Below, piece after piece: positions 12,001-22,510 of a DNA stretch of 64,000 nt (the stretch's first letter is position 1; every line of letters begins with the position of its first letter). This stretch comes from Selaginella moellendorffii (Eukaryota; Plantae; Lycopodiophyta): the NCBI RefSeq assembly GCF_000143415.4, contig NW_003314265.1:2683181-2747180 (forward strand), written 5' to 3'. The notes under the pieces were generated by a model. It ran no database searches and was not told the origin of the DNA. It was given only the letters and a program-made list of their open reading frames with translations. The translations under genes were made by a program, and so were the position numbers.

Positions 12001-12510
12001 GACGCGGGGTTTCGGCCACGTGTCACGGACTTTGGCCTGGCCAGGGCTTTGGCCGGGCAGGAGGAGACCCACGTCAGCACCATCGTGGCCGGGACGCTGG
12101 GGTATGTCCCGCCAGAGTACTGCCAGACGTGGCGGGCTACTGTCAAGGGCGACGTGTATAGCTACGGCGTCGTCCTCCTGGAGCTCTTGTCCGGGCGGAG
12201 GCCAATGCTGGACGCTGGGAACTATATCATGGCCGGGGAGGACAGTGGTCGCGATCTTCATCACAATGTGGAGGAGTTTGAGGATCAGTGTTATAGCAAC
12301 TTGGTGGAGTGGGCGGTGGAGTGTTACCGGCGGGATCAGCTGTCGCGGCTGCTTGATCCGCTCGTGGCCAGGACGGCGGGGTCTCACGATGGTCTCGCCA
12401 AGTTCTTGAGGCTGGCGCTGGATTGCACGCAAGACGTTCCAGTGAGGAGGCCGTGCATGAGAGATGTGTGCCAGAGGCTCGAGGATATCAAAGAGGGAGG
12501 AGGGGTTTGA
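9083..12510 (+). CDS. NILR1: LRR receptor-like kinase, subfamily X, NILR1 (At1g74360)-like; join(9083..9134,9197..12510)
   Basis: Signal-peptide exon MAALVLLAILVLAMAHE, then a 62-nt GT-AG intron joining in frame to the 9223 ORF. Features are an LRRNT Cys pair, ~20 LRRs, the island domain GECAVLRRWLPSNYPPFSLVY...C...W..LL.G characteristic of NILR1, a TM helix, and an intact RD kinase (GCGGFG, VAIKKL, HRDMK, DFG, GTLGYVPPEY). Confidence 0.9.
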
Positions 12511-12707
12511 TCTCCATCCAGATTCCAAAGCCGTTGATCACTCGCAGATTTGTACATGGTTTTCGAATTCGCAGAGAAAAGAGTAGTTTCTGTAACCTCT
12601 TTTTTTTTTCTTCTCAATAACCGGCAGAGCAAATTGATCAACTGGACAGAGATTAGAGAATTCATGCGGGTTATCATAAAAATCAGTGTGTCGAGTCACA
12701 ATCGACT

Positions 12708-12863
12708 CTATGAGAGTCTGCTAGCAGTGCTGGATTCGAGATCTTGGCGATCTTCGTGGTGTTGGTGGTGGAGCGCGTCCTCCATTCTCATCATCTCGAG
12801 CAGGCTGTTGCTCGAGAGAGGGATCCCAGGAAGCTGGTGGAGCTGCTCCTTGTTATATGCGAG
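12708..12863 (-). pseudogene. Orphaned 3' end (51 codons plus TAG) of the membrane-protein gene, cut off by the insertion
   Basis: Reads LAYNKEQLHQLPGIPLSSNSLLEMMRMEDALHHQHHEDRQDLESSTASRLS* in frame with ...IQICHE once the element and one TSD are removed. Confidence 0.8.
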
Positions 12864-12868
12864 CTCAT

Positions 12869-13936
12869 TGAAGAGGTGTGGATACTCTTCTTCGCTGGAT
12901 ATCTACTGCTAGTGAGAAAACAAACGGGGAAAGGGCCCAATCTCCAGGGGCTGAGAGGGAAAGATGAGTGAATGAGTGTTGTGTATTACTATGAAAAAAT
13001 GAATGGAGATGGGGATTCACAACTCAAATTCCCCCCCCTTAAAAGGCAGGCAGTTCTAACTGCCAGCATATGCTAACAATTGGTATATGCTGTTGGCTTC
13101 AATTAGGTTTTTGGTTGATACACTTTGTTCCTCTGATTGAGTCCTCAATGTGAGTGTAGTTAATCTCTATCGTTTGTTGTTGCTGCTGCTCAAGTTGATA
13201 GAGGCGCTTCTGCTGTGGGAGTGTGAGCTCGTGGTTGGGGACACTGTCTAGTGGATCTGCCCCATCATCCTAGATAATATCCACACCTCTTCACTATTTC
13301 AGTTGTCCACGACCAAGTGAACCTCCCATCAAGAAGGAGTTCTATGAGCCCTTCAACCACTGGCTCAACACTCAGCTTGAGGAGATGAAGCAGATCTGCA
13401 TGCTCGAGTTGATAGAGGCAACACTTTTGCTGCGGGACTGTGAGCTCGTGGTTGGGGACACTGTCTAGTGGATCTGCCCCATTGTCCTGGAGCTCGGCTA
13501 CCTTGGCCAGGAGGGCAGTATGATCATTCTTGAGCTTCCAATAGCGGATGTTGCGCTTGTTGTACTTCAACTTGTAGGTGTGTTCGTGAGCTGCTGATGG
13601 GGTTGATGGCTACTTGGAGACGATCTTTCTGATGTCCCAGAGGTCAAAAACCTAAGCTCAGGGACTCCAGCCCTGAACCCAGGGCTGCATTGGAGCCATA
13701 GATTTGATCATGCACAGCATATACCATTTGTTAGCATATGCTAGCAGTTAGAACCGCCTGCCTTTTAAGGGGGGGAATCTGAGTTGTGGATCCCCATTTC
13801 CATTCATTGTTTTCATATCAATACACAATGAACACTCGTTCACTCATCTTTCCCTCTCAGCCCCTGGAGATTGGGCCCTTTTTGTTTTCTCACTAGCAGT
13901 AGATATCCAGCAAAGAGGAGTATCCACACCTCTTCA
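12869..13936. mobile_element. 1068-bp non-autonomous element with ~225-bp terminal inverted repeats, TG...CA ends and 5-bp TSD CTCAT
   Basis: Arms 12869-13093 and 13714-13936 are reverse complements. CTCAT occurs at 12864-12868 and 13937-13941. Removing the element restores the host ORF. Confidence 0.9.
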
Positions 13937-15158
13937 CTCATGGCAGATTTGGATGGTTTCCTCGTCAGCGGTGGAGGTGGCTGCCTGATCACGATCGAAT
14001 TCGTGCGGCTGCAGTGATGGAGTCGTGGCAGCAGGCGTGGGCTGCTCGCGAAATTGCTCGTCGCAGATCTTTGCAATTGCCAACTGAAGAAAAACAATAA
14101 AACAGAGCTTATGTCGAGAGAAACATCGTGAGAAATCTTACCTTCTCTCCGTCCGGTTGCTGCACAGCAACAATCACCTCTCTGGGATCTCCAAAACTGT
14201 GAAACTTGTCTCCGTCCGATGTGGTCGAAGGCTCCACGCCATTGCCCTCGCTCTCTCGGTCTCGTAAAACTATCATCGGCATTCCCTGCAATCCAGAATA
14301 GTTTCTTCTCGATCGATGAGCAAATAATTCGTGGAAGAATCAATCGTACCACCGGCTGCTGTGTCCTCTGATCAATGGCATTGGAGAGCGGGGACACCTG
14401 AAAACTCGGCCAGTTTGCGATGATATGGCCTTCGTCGTTGGCCATTGGCATCCGTGAGACTTTGATCACCATAACCGCGACAAAGGTCTGCGAAAGGAGA
14501 TAAATTCAAAAGTTTGAAATTAGGGTAATCCCGTACCTCGTACGACAAGAGGATGCTGTAGAGAACAAGGGGCACGGCGCAGTGGTACCTCCCGCAAGGC
14601 TGCCTCTTTGCGTAGACCGCGAGGGATAGAAGCGAGAGCAAGATTTGAGCAGCGGAGTACTGATCAATAGATCAAGCAAAGGCTATTCAACGTTGATGGA
14701 TATGAATCGTATAGCGATTTGTAAATCTTACCAGAGATGGGATGTATCCCCGCGAGCAAATGAGCGCGATTATCTCCATCGCCCGGTTGAGCATCATGGG
14801 ATACAAGTGCCATGGGAAATAGCTGGCCGTGAAAAGCTGGTAGCACAAAACTCCCACAATCTCAATCTGCCAAGACCGAATCAATCGATCGATCATCAGA
14901 ACAACTGTGGCTTAAACTTTCGCAAGAACTCACCAGGTCTACACAAACAAGGAAGAGAAAGAGCGCCACAACGTACTTGTGCTTGAGGACGACATGGTGC
15001 TGGTTATTGTTGGAGGTGGGGATGATCATATGTGGCGGCGGCGGCGGATTCAAGTGATCGTTGCCCAAGATGTGATGATCCAGATCCCATGGTACCATCC
15101 GGTTCCAAAAGCTCGCCCATCTCCGCCGAGCGCTGCCGATCCATAGAGACGGAGGCAT
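13934..15158 (-). CDS. Uncharacterised multi-pass membrane protein, 6 exons: complement(join(13934..14083,14142..14285,14350..14487,14537..14659,14732..14866,14934..15158)); 304 aa, truncated by the insertion (355 aa before it)
   Basis: Five GT-AG introns of 49-72 nt, all phase 0, join into an open frame. The protein has about four hydrophobic segments (YVVALFLFLVCVDLIEIVGVLCY; MEIIALICS; AAQILLSLLSLAVY; AVPLVLYSILLSYETFVAVMVI) and a C-terminal VIVAVQQPDGEKLAIAKI motif. Confidence 0.78.
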
Positions 15159-15448
15159 CTATCATGGATGTCTGAGCTCTACGAGTGAAAGAAGGCCGCG
15201 AGACCTGGCCTGGATCATGATCTAGACGACTGTGCTCCCGGATTCAATCGAGAGCTCCTCCTCCTCCTCCGCATTATCCCTTCCAAATTCCAATCACTCC
15301 TCCATGGATCGAAAGAGATGGCGGAGGAGACAAAGAGACGATCCTTTCCCCTTCTCTCCCCTCTGCATTGAACTGATCCTTCATCTAACAGTTAACTGCC
15401 GGGAGTCCATGTCAGCCCTAAAAGCCGCTAAGGGCTAAAACGTTTAAT

Positions 15449-15513
15449 TGGCTTCATCCAGGTTCGAACTGGAGACCTTCAGTGGACGTGATAACCAACT
15501 ACACCATGAAACC
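15449..15513 (-). pseudogene. tRNA-Val pseudogene lacking the anticodon loop
   Basis: Near-identical to 17570-17643 but missing 9 nt (tgttagact on the + strand) that cover the anticodon loop. The A- and B-boxes are intact. Confidence 0.9.
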
Positions 15514-15866
15514 ATAACAAAAGTTTTATCCTAAACTAGGATAATCTGCTAGGCTTTAAACACGGTTTACCACCCGGCCTGACAATTGCAACTAGAGCTT
15601 CTCGTCTCCAAATCTTTGCAACATACATTTAAATGATTAATATCTCCCACATGATCAAAAAAAGCAATTCATACTACAGCAAAAAATATGTCCCCCATCC
15701 AACCAATTTATATCCCGTGAGGAGTGTAAGTAAGCCGCGACCATCAGCCACTTACATTACACATTAGCCCTGGGACTTAATTTATATTCATCCTTCCAAT
15801 GTGGCATGTTGACCTAAACTACGACGTTTTACCATTTTTTTTTTTTTCTCTCCTTCCTCGAATATC

Positions 15867-16381
15867 TCACACAACACTCGCGCGGCAACAAGGACAGTGC
15901 TTACTTCGCTCGATCCACGGCTCCATGCATTCCTTGTGGAATCCGTGTCTACATGGCAGTAGCAGGCTCGTCCGCTCAATTTCTTCCAGGCAAATCGGGC
16001 AATCCGGGCTCTCATCCTTGTGCGAGAGAATTTGGAGCCAAATTTCTTTTCTGGTGGTGTTGGAGTCAGAACCATGTTGGATCCATGCCGATTTATTCTG
16101 ATCGAGCTTGTGAGAGGAAACGAGAGAAAAACAAGCTATGGCTACTTACCTCAACTCCGATGCTCGGAGCCTGGCTTCCATGATTGGGAAGAGTGTCAAG
16201 AGAACGGTTTCAAAACAAAATTCTGTACCTCGGAGGACGAGCGGGGGACTCCAATCTTCTGCGGCTGCTTGTCCCTCGGCGCCACTAAGTTGGAAGTTGA
16301 GCGACTGGATCTGTCCGAGCTCACGCACGAATGGTTGCTCGTCCGCCTTCGACGCGCAAGCTCGACACCAGGTAACATTCT
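15867..16381 (-). pseudogene. RHY1A-like RING-H2 E3 ligase pseudogene (duplicate copy)
   Basis: Same MLPGVELARRRR start and RING-H2 sequence as 17871-18511. A ~110-bp deletion removes the intron-1 acceptor and most of exon 2, and a 10-nt deletion frameshifts exon 3 before the RING. Confidence 0.85.
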
Positions 16382-16559
16382 TCCTCCTTTGTCAGGCTCC
16401 GTCGTCAAAACGAAACTATTTAGCTACCCGCCGCAAACTTCCAAGAAGCTCCACCCAAAGGGTAATACCTGGCCGTTAAAAGATTGGATTGGCAGCCACA
16501 CACACAGGCTGTGAGGGAAACCAAAACCTTACATGGGAGAAAGAGGGCGATCGAAATAA

Positions 16560-16950
16560 TGTCTCGAGAGAAAGACTGACAAATCTTGCCTTTTCTCCGT
16601 CCAGTTGCTGCACGGCAACAATCACCTCTGGGATCTCCAAGACTGTGAAACTTGTCTCCGTCCGATGTGGTCGAAGGCTCTACGCCATTGCCTTCGCTCT
16701 CTTCGTCTCGTAAAACGATCATCGGCATTCCCTACAATCCAGAAAAAGAGTTTTGATCTTTATGAACAAGCGATTTGTAAAAGATCGATCGTACCACCGG
16801 CTGCTGCGTTCTGTGATCAATGGCATTGGACGGCCAGTTTGCGATGATATGACCCTCGTTGTTGGCCATTGGCATCCGCGAAACTTTGATCACCATAATC
16901 GCGACAAAGCGCGAAATTCAAAAGTTTGAAATTAGGGCAATCTCATACCT
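16560..16950 (-). pseudogene. Partial duplicate (exons 4-5) of the membrane-protein gene
   Basis: Direct, diverged copy of ~14110-14540 (MPMIVLRDEESEGNGVEPSTTSDGDKFHS). A further inverted fragment at ~17150-17285 copies ~14556-14730. Confidence 0.85.
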
Positions 16951-17569
16951 CGCATTGCATTCAACACCCTAATGTTTCTCTCGATCTCAAACATATACTT
17001 TGCCTCCTCAATCTTCTTTCTTTCAGCACAAATAAGTATTGAGTTCTGGATTTGAGTGAAAAAGTTTATTGTGAAGAAATAATGTTAACATAACACAAAA
17101 AAAAGTCATAAATTGAATTAAAAAGTTCAAATAACTTTTAATCGTGCTGATTTGTTTCAAATTGCTATATGATTTATTTCCATCAACTTTGTGCTTGATC
17201 TATTCAAATCTTGCTCTGCTTCTATCCCTCACAATCTATGCAAAGAGGCACCCTTGTGGGAGGTACCAGCTCCTTGTTCTCTATGTTTATAAGTTAATTA
17301 CTCGATTATCTACATTTTACTTTAGTTAATGACATTATTTAAAAAATTGGGTTATAAAATTTTTGATCTCAAAGAAAACACATAACCTAAATTGGGCACT
17401 TAATTTGGGCATTTAATTAGAGTAATACGACTGAAAGAAGCAAGCTTAGGGTTAGGGCTTTTCAATTGGCGATGCATTATCCCTTAATCACTCCACGGAT
17501 TGAGAGAGATGCCTAAAATTGAAATTAATCGGCTGACCTGTGCAACACGCGTACTCAAGAAAATTCAGC

Positions 17570-17643
17570 TGGCTTCATCCAGGTTTGAACTGGAGACCTT
17601 CAGTGTGTTAGACTGACGTGATGACCAACTACACCATGAAACC
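17570..17643 (-). tRNA. trnV-AAC: tRNA-Val (anticodon AAC)
   Basis: Reverse complement GGTTTCATGGTGTAGTTGGTCATCACGTCAGTCTAACACACTGAAGGTCTCCAGTTCAAACCTGGATGAAGCCA folds as a cloverleaf and matches plant cytosolic tRNA-Val(AAC). The anticodon is at 17607-17609. Confidence 0.92.
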
Positions 17644-17870
17644 ATTAACGAATGTTTTATCTTAAAGTAGAATAATCTGATTCTGCTTGAGAATATTCCT
17701 CACACGGTTTGGTGTTGAAAACTCTTGTCTGTTGCTCCGTGAGGAGCGTAAGTAAGCCGCGGCCATCAGCCTGGGACTTAATTTATATTCCCTCCAACAA
17801 GGCATGTGGACATGTTGACCTAAAGTACGACGTTTTACCAATTTTTTTTTTCTCTCCTTCCTCGAATATC

Positions 17871-18511
17871 TCACACAACACTCGCGCGGCAACAAGGACA
17901 GTGATTACTTCGCTCGATCCACGGCTTTATGCATTCCTTGTGGAATCCGTGTCTACACGGCAGTAGCAGGCTCGTCCGCCCAATTTCTTCCAGGCAAATC
18001 GGGCAATCCGGCCTCTCATCCTTGTGCGAGAGAATTTGGAGCTTGCCACTGCCAAATTTCTTTTTTGTTGGTGTTGGAGTAGGAACCGTGTTGGATCCAT
18101 GCCGAGTTATTCTGCGCATTCGCTCGAGCTTGTGAGAGGAAACGAGAGAAAAACAACTTACCTCAACTCCGGTGCTCGGAGCCTGGCTTCCAACCTCTCC
18201 CGAGCTTCGTTTGCTGCGGTTCTGGATGTCTCGTCTCTTGGGTGGAAACGATATCGCGCTTGCAGTGTTGCTAGAGCGTTAGCAGCTGCTTCTTCAATCT
18301 ATGATTTGGAAGAGTGTCAGGAGAACGATTTCAAAACAAGATTTTGTACCTCGGAGGACGTGCGGGGGACTCCAATCTTCTGCTGCTGCCGCTGCTGCTG
18401 CTTGTCCCTCGTCGCCACTATGTTGGAAGTCGAGCGACTGGATCTCTCCGAGCTCACGCACGAATAGTTGCTCGTCCGCCTTCGACGCGCAAGCTCGACA
18501 CCAGGTAACAT
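17871..18511 (-). CDS. RHY1A: RING-H2 E3 ubiquitin ligase, RHY1A-like; complement(join(17871..18111,18162..18298,18350..18511)), 179 aa
   Basis: N-terminal MLPGVELARRRR, an EARERLEARLR helix, and C-terminal CPICLEE...LPCRHGFHKECIKPWIERSNHCPCCR. Two GT-AG introns give an open frame. Confidence 0.87.
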
Positions 18512-18880
18512 TCTTCCTCCTTTGTCAGGCTTCGCTCGTCAAATCGAGACTATTTAGCTACCCCGCAGCAAACTTCCAAGAAGCTCCACCAAAGGTTAAT
18601 ATCTGGCCGTTAAAAGGATTGGATTGGCAGCCACACACACAGGCTGTGAGGCAAACCAAAACCTTACCTGCGAGAAAGAGCGATCGAAATAATGCTTGGA
18701 CTTTTATGTCCCAACGTCGCTTCAGCTTAGCACTAACGAAGAAAGAAAACGCAAAGAAAATCAGCGATTTAGAATCTCAAATCTGAAGGGAAATTGACAG
18801 TGTAGAAAACGATATTTTGCGTCTTTGGAATCATTCTAGACAAAGCAGATCAGGAGAATGACAAGACGAACCTGGTTTGA

Positions 18881-19711
18881 TTACTGTTGTGGTTCTGTAA
18901 GTTGGACAAGACCATCTGTCAGCCAGTAGCTGATTTCACCCCTCGTGACCTTGGACATCCTGAACAGCCACTTAGTCAGCCTTTTGCCATGCCTCACGCT
19001 CGCCACAACTTTGCCGTCGCTGGCATTCACGATTTCGTAGCTTTCCATCTTGAGGAGCTCCGGAAATCTGCCTGCCTAGAGCCTTTTAGAAACCAGAGAC
19101 AACGCTAGCATTCGCGTAAACTCACCTTGTCTTGAACTTGAGCGCGAAATGGCCAAAGTGGTAGAGGTCAGCCGCGGATCCAAAGTAGCAAGGAAGGCTA
19201 CCATCAAAATCTCCTTCAGCATTTGCAAACAAGTACATCACCTGCGAGAGCGTTCTTTAGAAACTCCACTCCATGCGCGTTTGCCAAAGAAAACAAGATG
19301 AAAAGAGGTAACTCTGACCTCCAGCCCGTGATCTTGGCGAGGATTATTGTTCTCCAGCAATGCATCCAGTTGGATCCGCACAGCCTCCTCGGCATTAAGC
19401 TGGAAAGGATTCGTGTGAGTTTTGAGGACAATCACAAAACCACTCTCGAGATATTTACCTGTGGCAGCGGTTTTGCGCCAGGCCCGGTGGCAGCAGCATC
19501 ATTCCTCCGGACGCTGCCGAGATCAATCAATGAGCGAGAACCGCCGCGCAACAATTTCTCGTTACCTCGCGTCGTCGCCATCGAAGGGCGACGAAGAAGC
19601 CGCCACTCGCATTCGCATTCCCTGGAAAGGAAGATTTCTCGTCCATCCCGCGGCTGCCGCGCAAGGACGATGGAGAACAGGCAGCGGCGGAAGCCCCGCG
19701 CCTAGCAGCAT
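18881..19711 (-). CDS. Probable plastid-targeted DUF4864-like protein; complement(join(18881..19067,19126..19241,19319..19399,19459..19513,19566..19711)), 194 aa
   Basis: Five exons join in frame through GT-AG introns. A transit-peptide-like N-terminus precedes KPLPQLNAEEAVRIQLDALLENNNPRQDHGLEVMYLFAN ... FRMSK...YWLTDGLV, which resembles the P.L.PEEVV..QL.AL..ND...G family. The family name is from memory. Confidence 0.75.
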
Positions 19712-19950
19712 TGGCCGGCGACCTAGCAATCTCGCTAGCAAGAACCCTGAACTGGTCAACGTGGCCGTCTCCTTGACCATTGACCACGCGGAAAAGTCGC
19801 TCCACCGGTGAAGTCGCGTGCTGCGGCCCTGGACTAGAAGTGCGCGATCGATCAGTGCTCTCATCAAAATGTGATCGATCGCGTGCTGGTGATCCATCGC
19901 TCCATCGAGTAATCAATTCATCTAGTTCTTAGGCGCTCACCACAAGATCC

Positions 19951-20400
19951 ATGGCGACCTTTTGCAAGAGGGCGATGACACAGGGCAGCGCGATCGTGGT
20001 GCGATTCATGGGGCGCTACCCGCCAACAGCGAGATCCGTGTACAAGCCGCCCAACTCGCCGGATCACAGCCACCGCCACGAGCACGATCACCACGCGCTC
20101 CTTCACCTGGAGCAAATGGCACTCCGGCGCGAGTTCTTGCTGCCCAGCATCGCCAGCATGGTGGTCTCGCTCGATCAGCAGGGCGCGGAGTGGCAGTGGC
20201 TCTCTTCCATCCAAGGTGACGACGAATCACGCGAACTGTTCGAGGCAATCGAGAGGGTCTGCATGGAGAGGCTCTCGATCGAGCAGTGGGATCTCGCGGT
20301 AGCGATCAAGGCCATGGTGGCCGCGGGGAAGATCTCCCCACTCGTTTACATCATCCTCCTCAAGCTTTTTGTCCTCGACACAGTTTCGATACTGGATTGA
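19951..20400 (+). CDS. Hypothetical protein, 149 aa
   Basis: Single GC-rich ORF with gene-like codon usage, an ATG in good context, an RYPPTARSVYKPP motif and a His-rich patch. Family not recognised. Confidence 0.55.
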   Translation: MATFCKRAMTQGSAIVVRFMGRYPPTARSVYKPPNSPDHSHRHEHDHHALLHLEQMALRREFLLPSIASMVVSLDQQGAEWQWLSSIQGDDESRELFEAIERVCMERLSIEQWDLAVAIKAMVAAGKISPLVYIILLKLFVLDTVSILD

Positions 20401-20758
20401 GATATCCATTCTTTCATAGTGAGAGATCCATCAAGATCTAAATTTTTTTTGCCTGGAGAAACTTCCAGCCTACCTAAGATCCAGAGTATACAATTTTGAT
20501 TTTTTCCTTCTATATACTTTGATTCATAGTACTCGGTACAAAGGGTGACATATCGACTTTCACAAGGAAATCAAACTCACTATTTAGTTATTGAAAGCAG
20601 CAAAGCTTTCAGCAGCTCCTCGTTTTCTTCCAATCTTTAGTTCTTCGTTGTTGCGAGCAGCGTCCTCGAGAACACGAGAAATTCGGCTGGAAACTTTCTC
20701 CCCCCTCTCTGTCTCTCTCTCCCTCTCACTCTCCTCCATCTCCTGCGATCGCATTTCT

Positions 20759-22510
20759 TCACAGAGGTATCCCGTCCACCCTGGACACTTCGTCGCATCT
20801 GATAATGAGGCCGTCCAAGTTGGCCGGGAGGAGGAACTTACGCCATTGGCAGCCAGTGGACACGGGCTCGGGAGGAGCGACGATCATCAGGACGTTTTCG
20901 TGCCTCTGGACAACCCCCAACACTGTGACGGTGCTGCCCTCTTTGATATACCTGCGCAGGAACAAACGATTCCATCAGCCCAAGGAAAGACCAAAGCGAG
21001 CCGACTTGTTACCCCTCGGTGAGCCGCATTATCCTGTCCTCCCGGGAGAGGTTCCTCTCCGATAGCCAGCGAACGAAATCCTTTGGCAGGTCCTTGGTAG
21101 CGGGGGCGACCTCCACCACGGGGCTCTCCTCGACATACGGTGTGATGTTGGCACCATAGCCGGCTTTTACCAGAGCTCTCAAGCCCGATTGAAAGTCTGA
21201 GATGTAAAAGTCCACCACATGCCTCTGCGCAAACAGGGAAGTTCATAAGCAGGAATCTCTGGGAATGGAAGAGGAAAACTCACGTCCATGTGTCGGAGAG
21301 CCCAGGTAAACCTCCTCTGCTTGTCGTTGACCGGCTTTGAATCGACGCCTCTGAATTCATGAAGACCCGTTGACGTGTATATACAGCGATTTACTTTCTG
21401 GTAGGATGACTCTAAAGGAACACTGCCACAAGTCACAACCTACAAAAGGGACAAAAGAAAACCATCAGAAGAAGAAAATGAAAGAAAAGAAAGAACAAAG
21501 TTTAGCAGAGTTACCCCGGTGATTTTCACGTACTGCCCGTCCTTCGCATTGCCGAGCTGAGCGTCTGGGAAGTTGGCAATAAAGCCGAGCACCGACTTCT
21601 TTCCCCAGCAAGTGTTCCAGATGAGCAGAACCATGAGGGCCACAAAGAGTGACCCGACCACGATGAGCAGGATGGCGTTCTGGACCGCCACGAGAATGAA
21701 GCCGCCCGCGATGAACCCCATGATGAAGAGCGGGATGACCGTCCACAGTATCACCTTCGGGAAGTTGCTCCGGAGCGAGTAGCTCTGCTCGTTGCTCATG
21801 TTGGTCACCGCCTGGCCGTGCATGGACGACGCCCTGGGGAACCTCCCGGACGCCCCCAGCTCCATGGAGCCGGACAGCCCCTTGCGCGGAGCCCCGGTGG
21901 AGGAGAGCGGCCCAGAGGTGATGAGTCCGGTGGCAGGGAGATTAGGCGTAAGTGGGCCGGAAGTCTTCAGAACGTTGGGCGTTGTCCCGCCTGACAAAGG
22001 CCCTGACGTCTTCAAGCCACCACCAGCGCCGTGTGGTCCCGTGAGCGGCCCCGACTTGGAGCCAGAGCTCGCAAACCCCGCCCCGGAGAGGGGCCCCGAG
22101 TTGGATCTTTGGGAGTAGGACTTGCTAGCGCTCATCGGGCCCGAGGTGGGGAAAGCCGTCCGAGGCGCTCCAGATGGGAGTGGTCCGGAGTGTGAGCGCG
22201 ACAGCACCGCGGAACCCACTTGGTGTTGCTGCTGCTGCTGCTGCTGCTTTGCCTGTGGATTCCCAACTCCACTCCCAATTGGACCCGACTTCTTTGTCTT
22301 GGGAGCCTCTACGGGTATGTCAAACATCTTGCCCAGCTCGCCAGACTTCTTTATGTCACCACCTGTGTATGGCATCGCTGTGGAGCTCATCGTTGGCAGC
22401 CTCTCCTTGTACGGATCCGGCCGCCCGGAGACGTAGAGCCCATTGCTGAGCTGATGCGAGGGGAAGCTCGTGGTCGGGATGCTGTAGTTGCCGCTGTTGC
22501 TGCCAGCCAT
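20759..22510 (-). CDS. SHOU4: SHOU4/At1g16860-like plasma-membrane protein, multi-exon
   Basis: SHQLSNGLYVSGRP...MPYTGGDIKKSGELGKMFDIP, SGP repeats, two TM helices, and AKDGQYVKITG|VVTCGSVPLESS, DFYISDFQSGLRALVKAGYG, YIKEGSTVTVLGVVQR. Exon 1 is 21515-22510. Confidence 0.9.
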
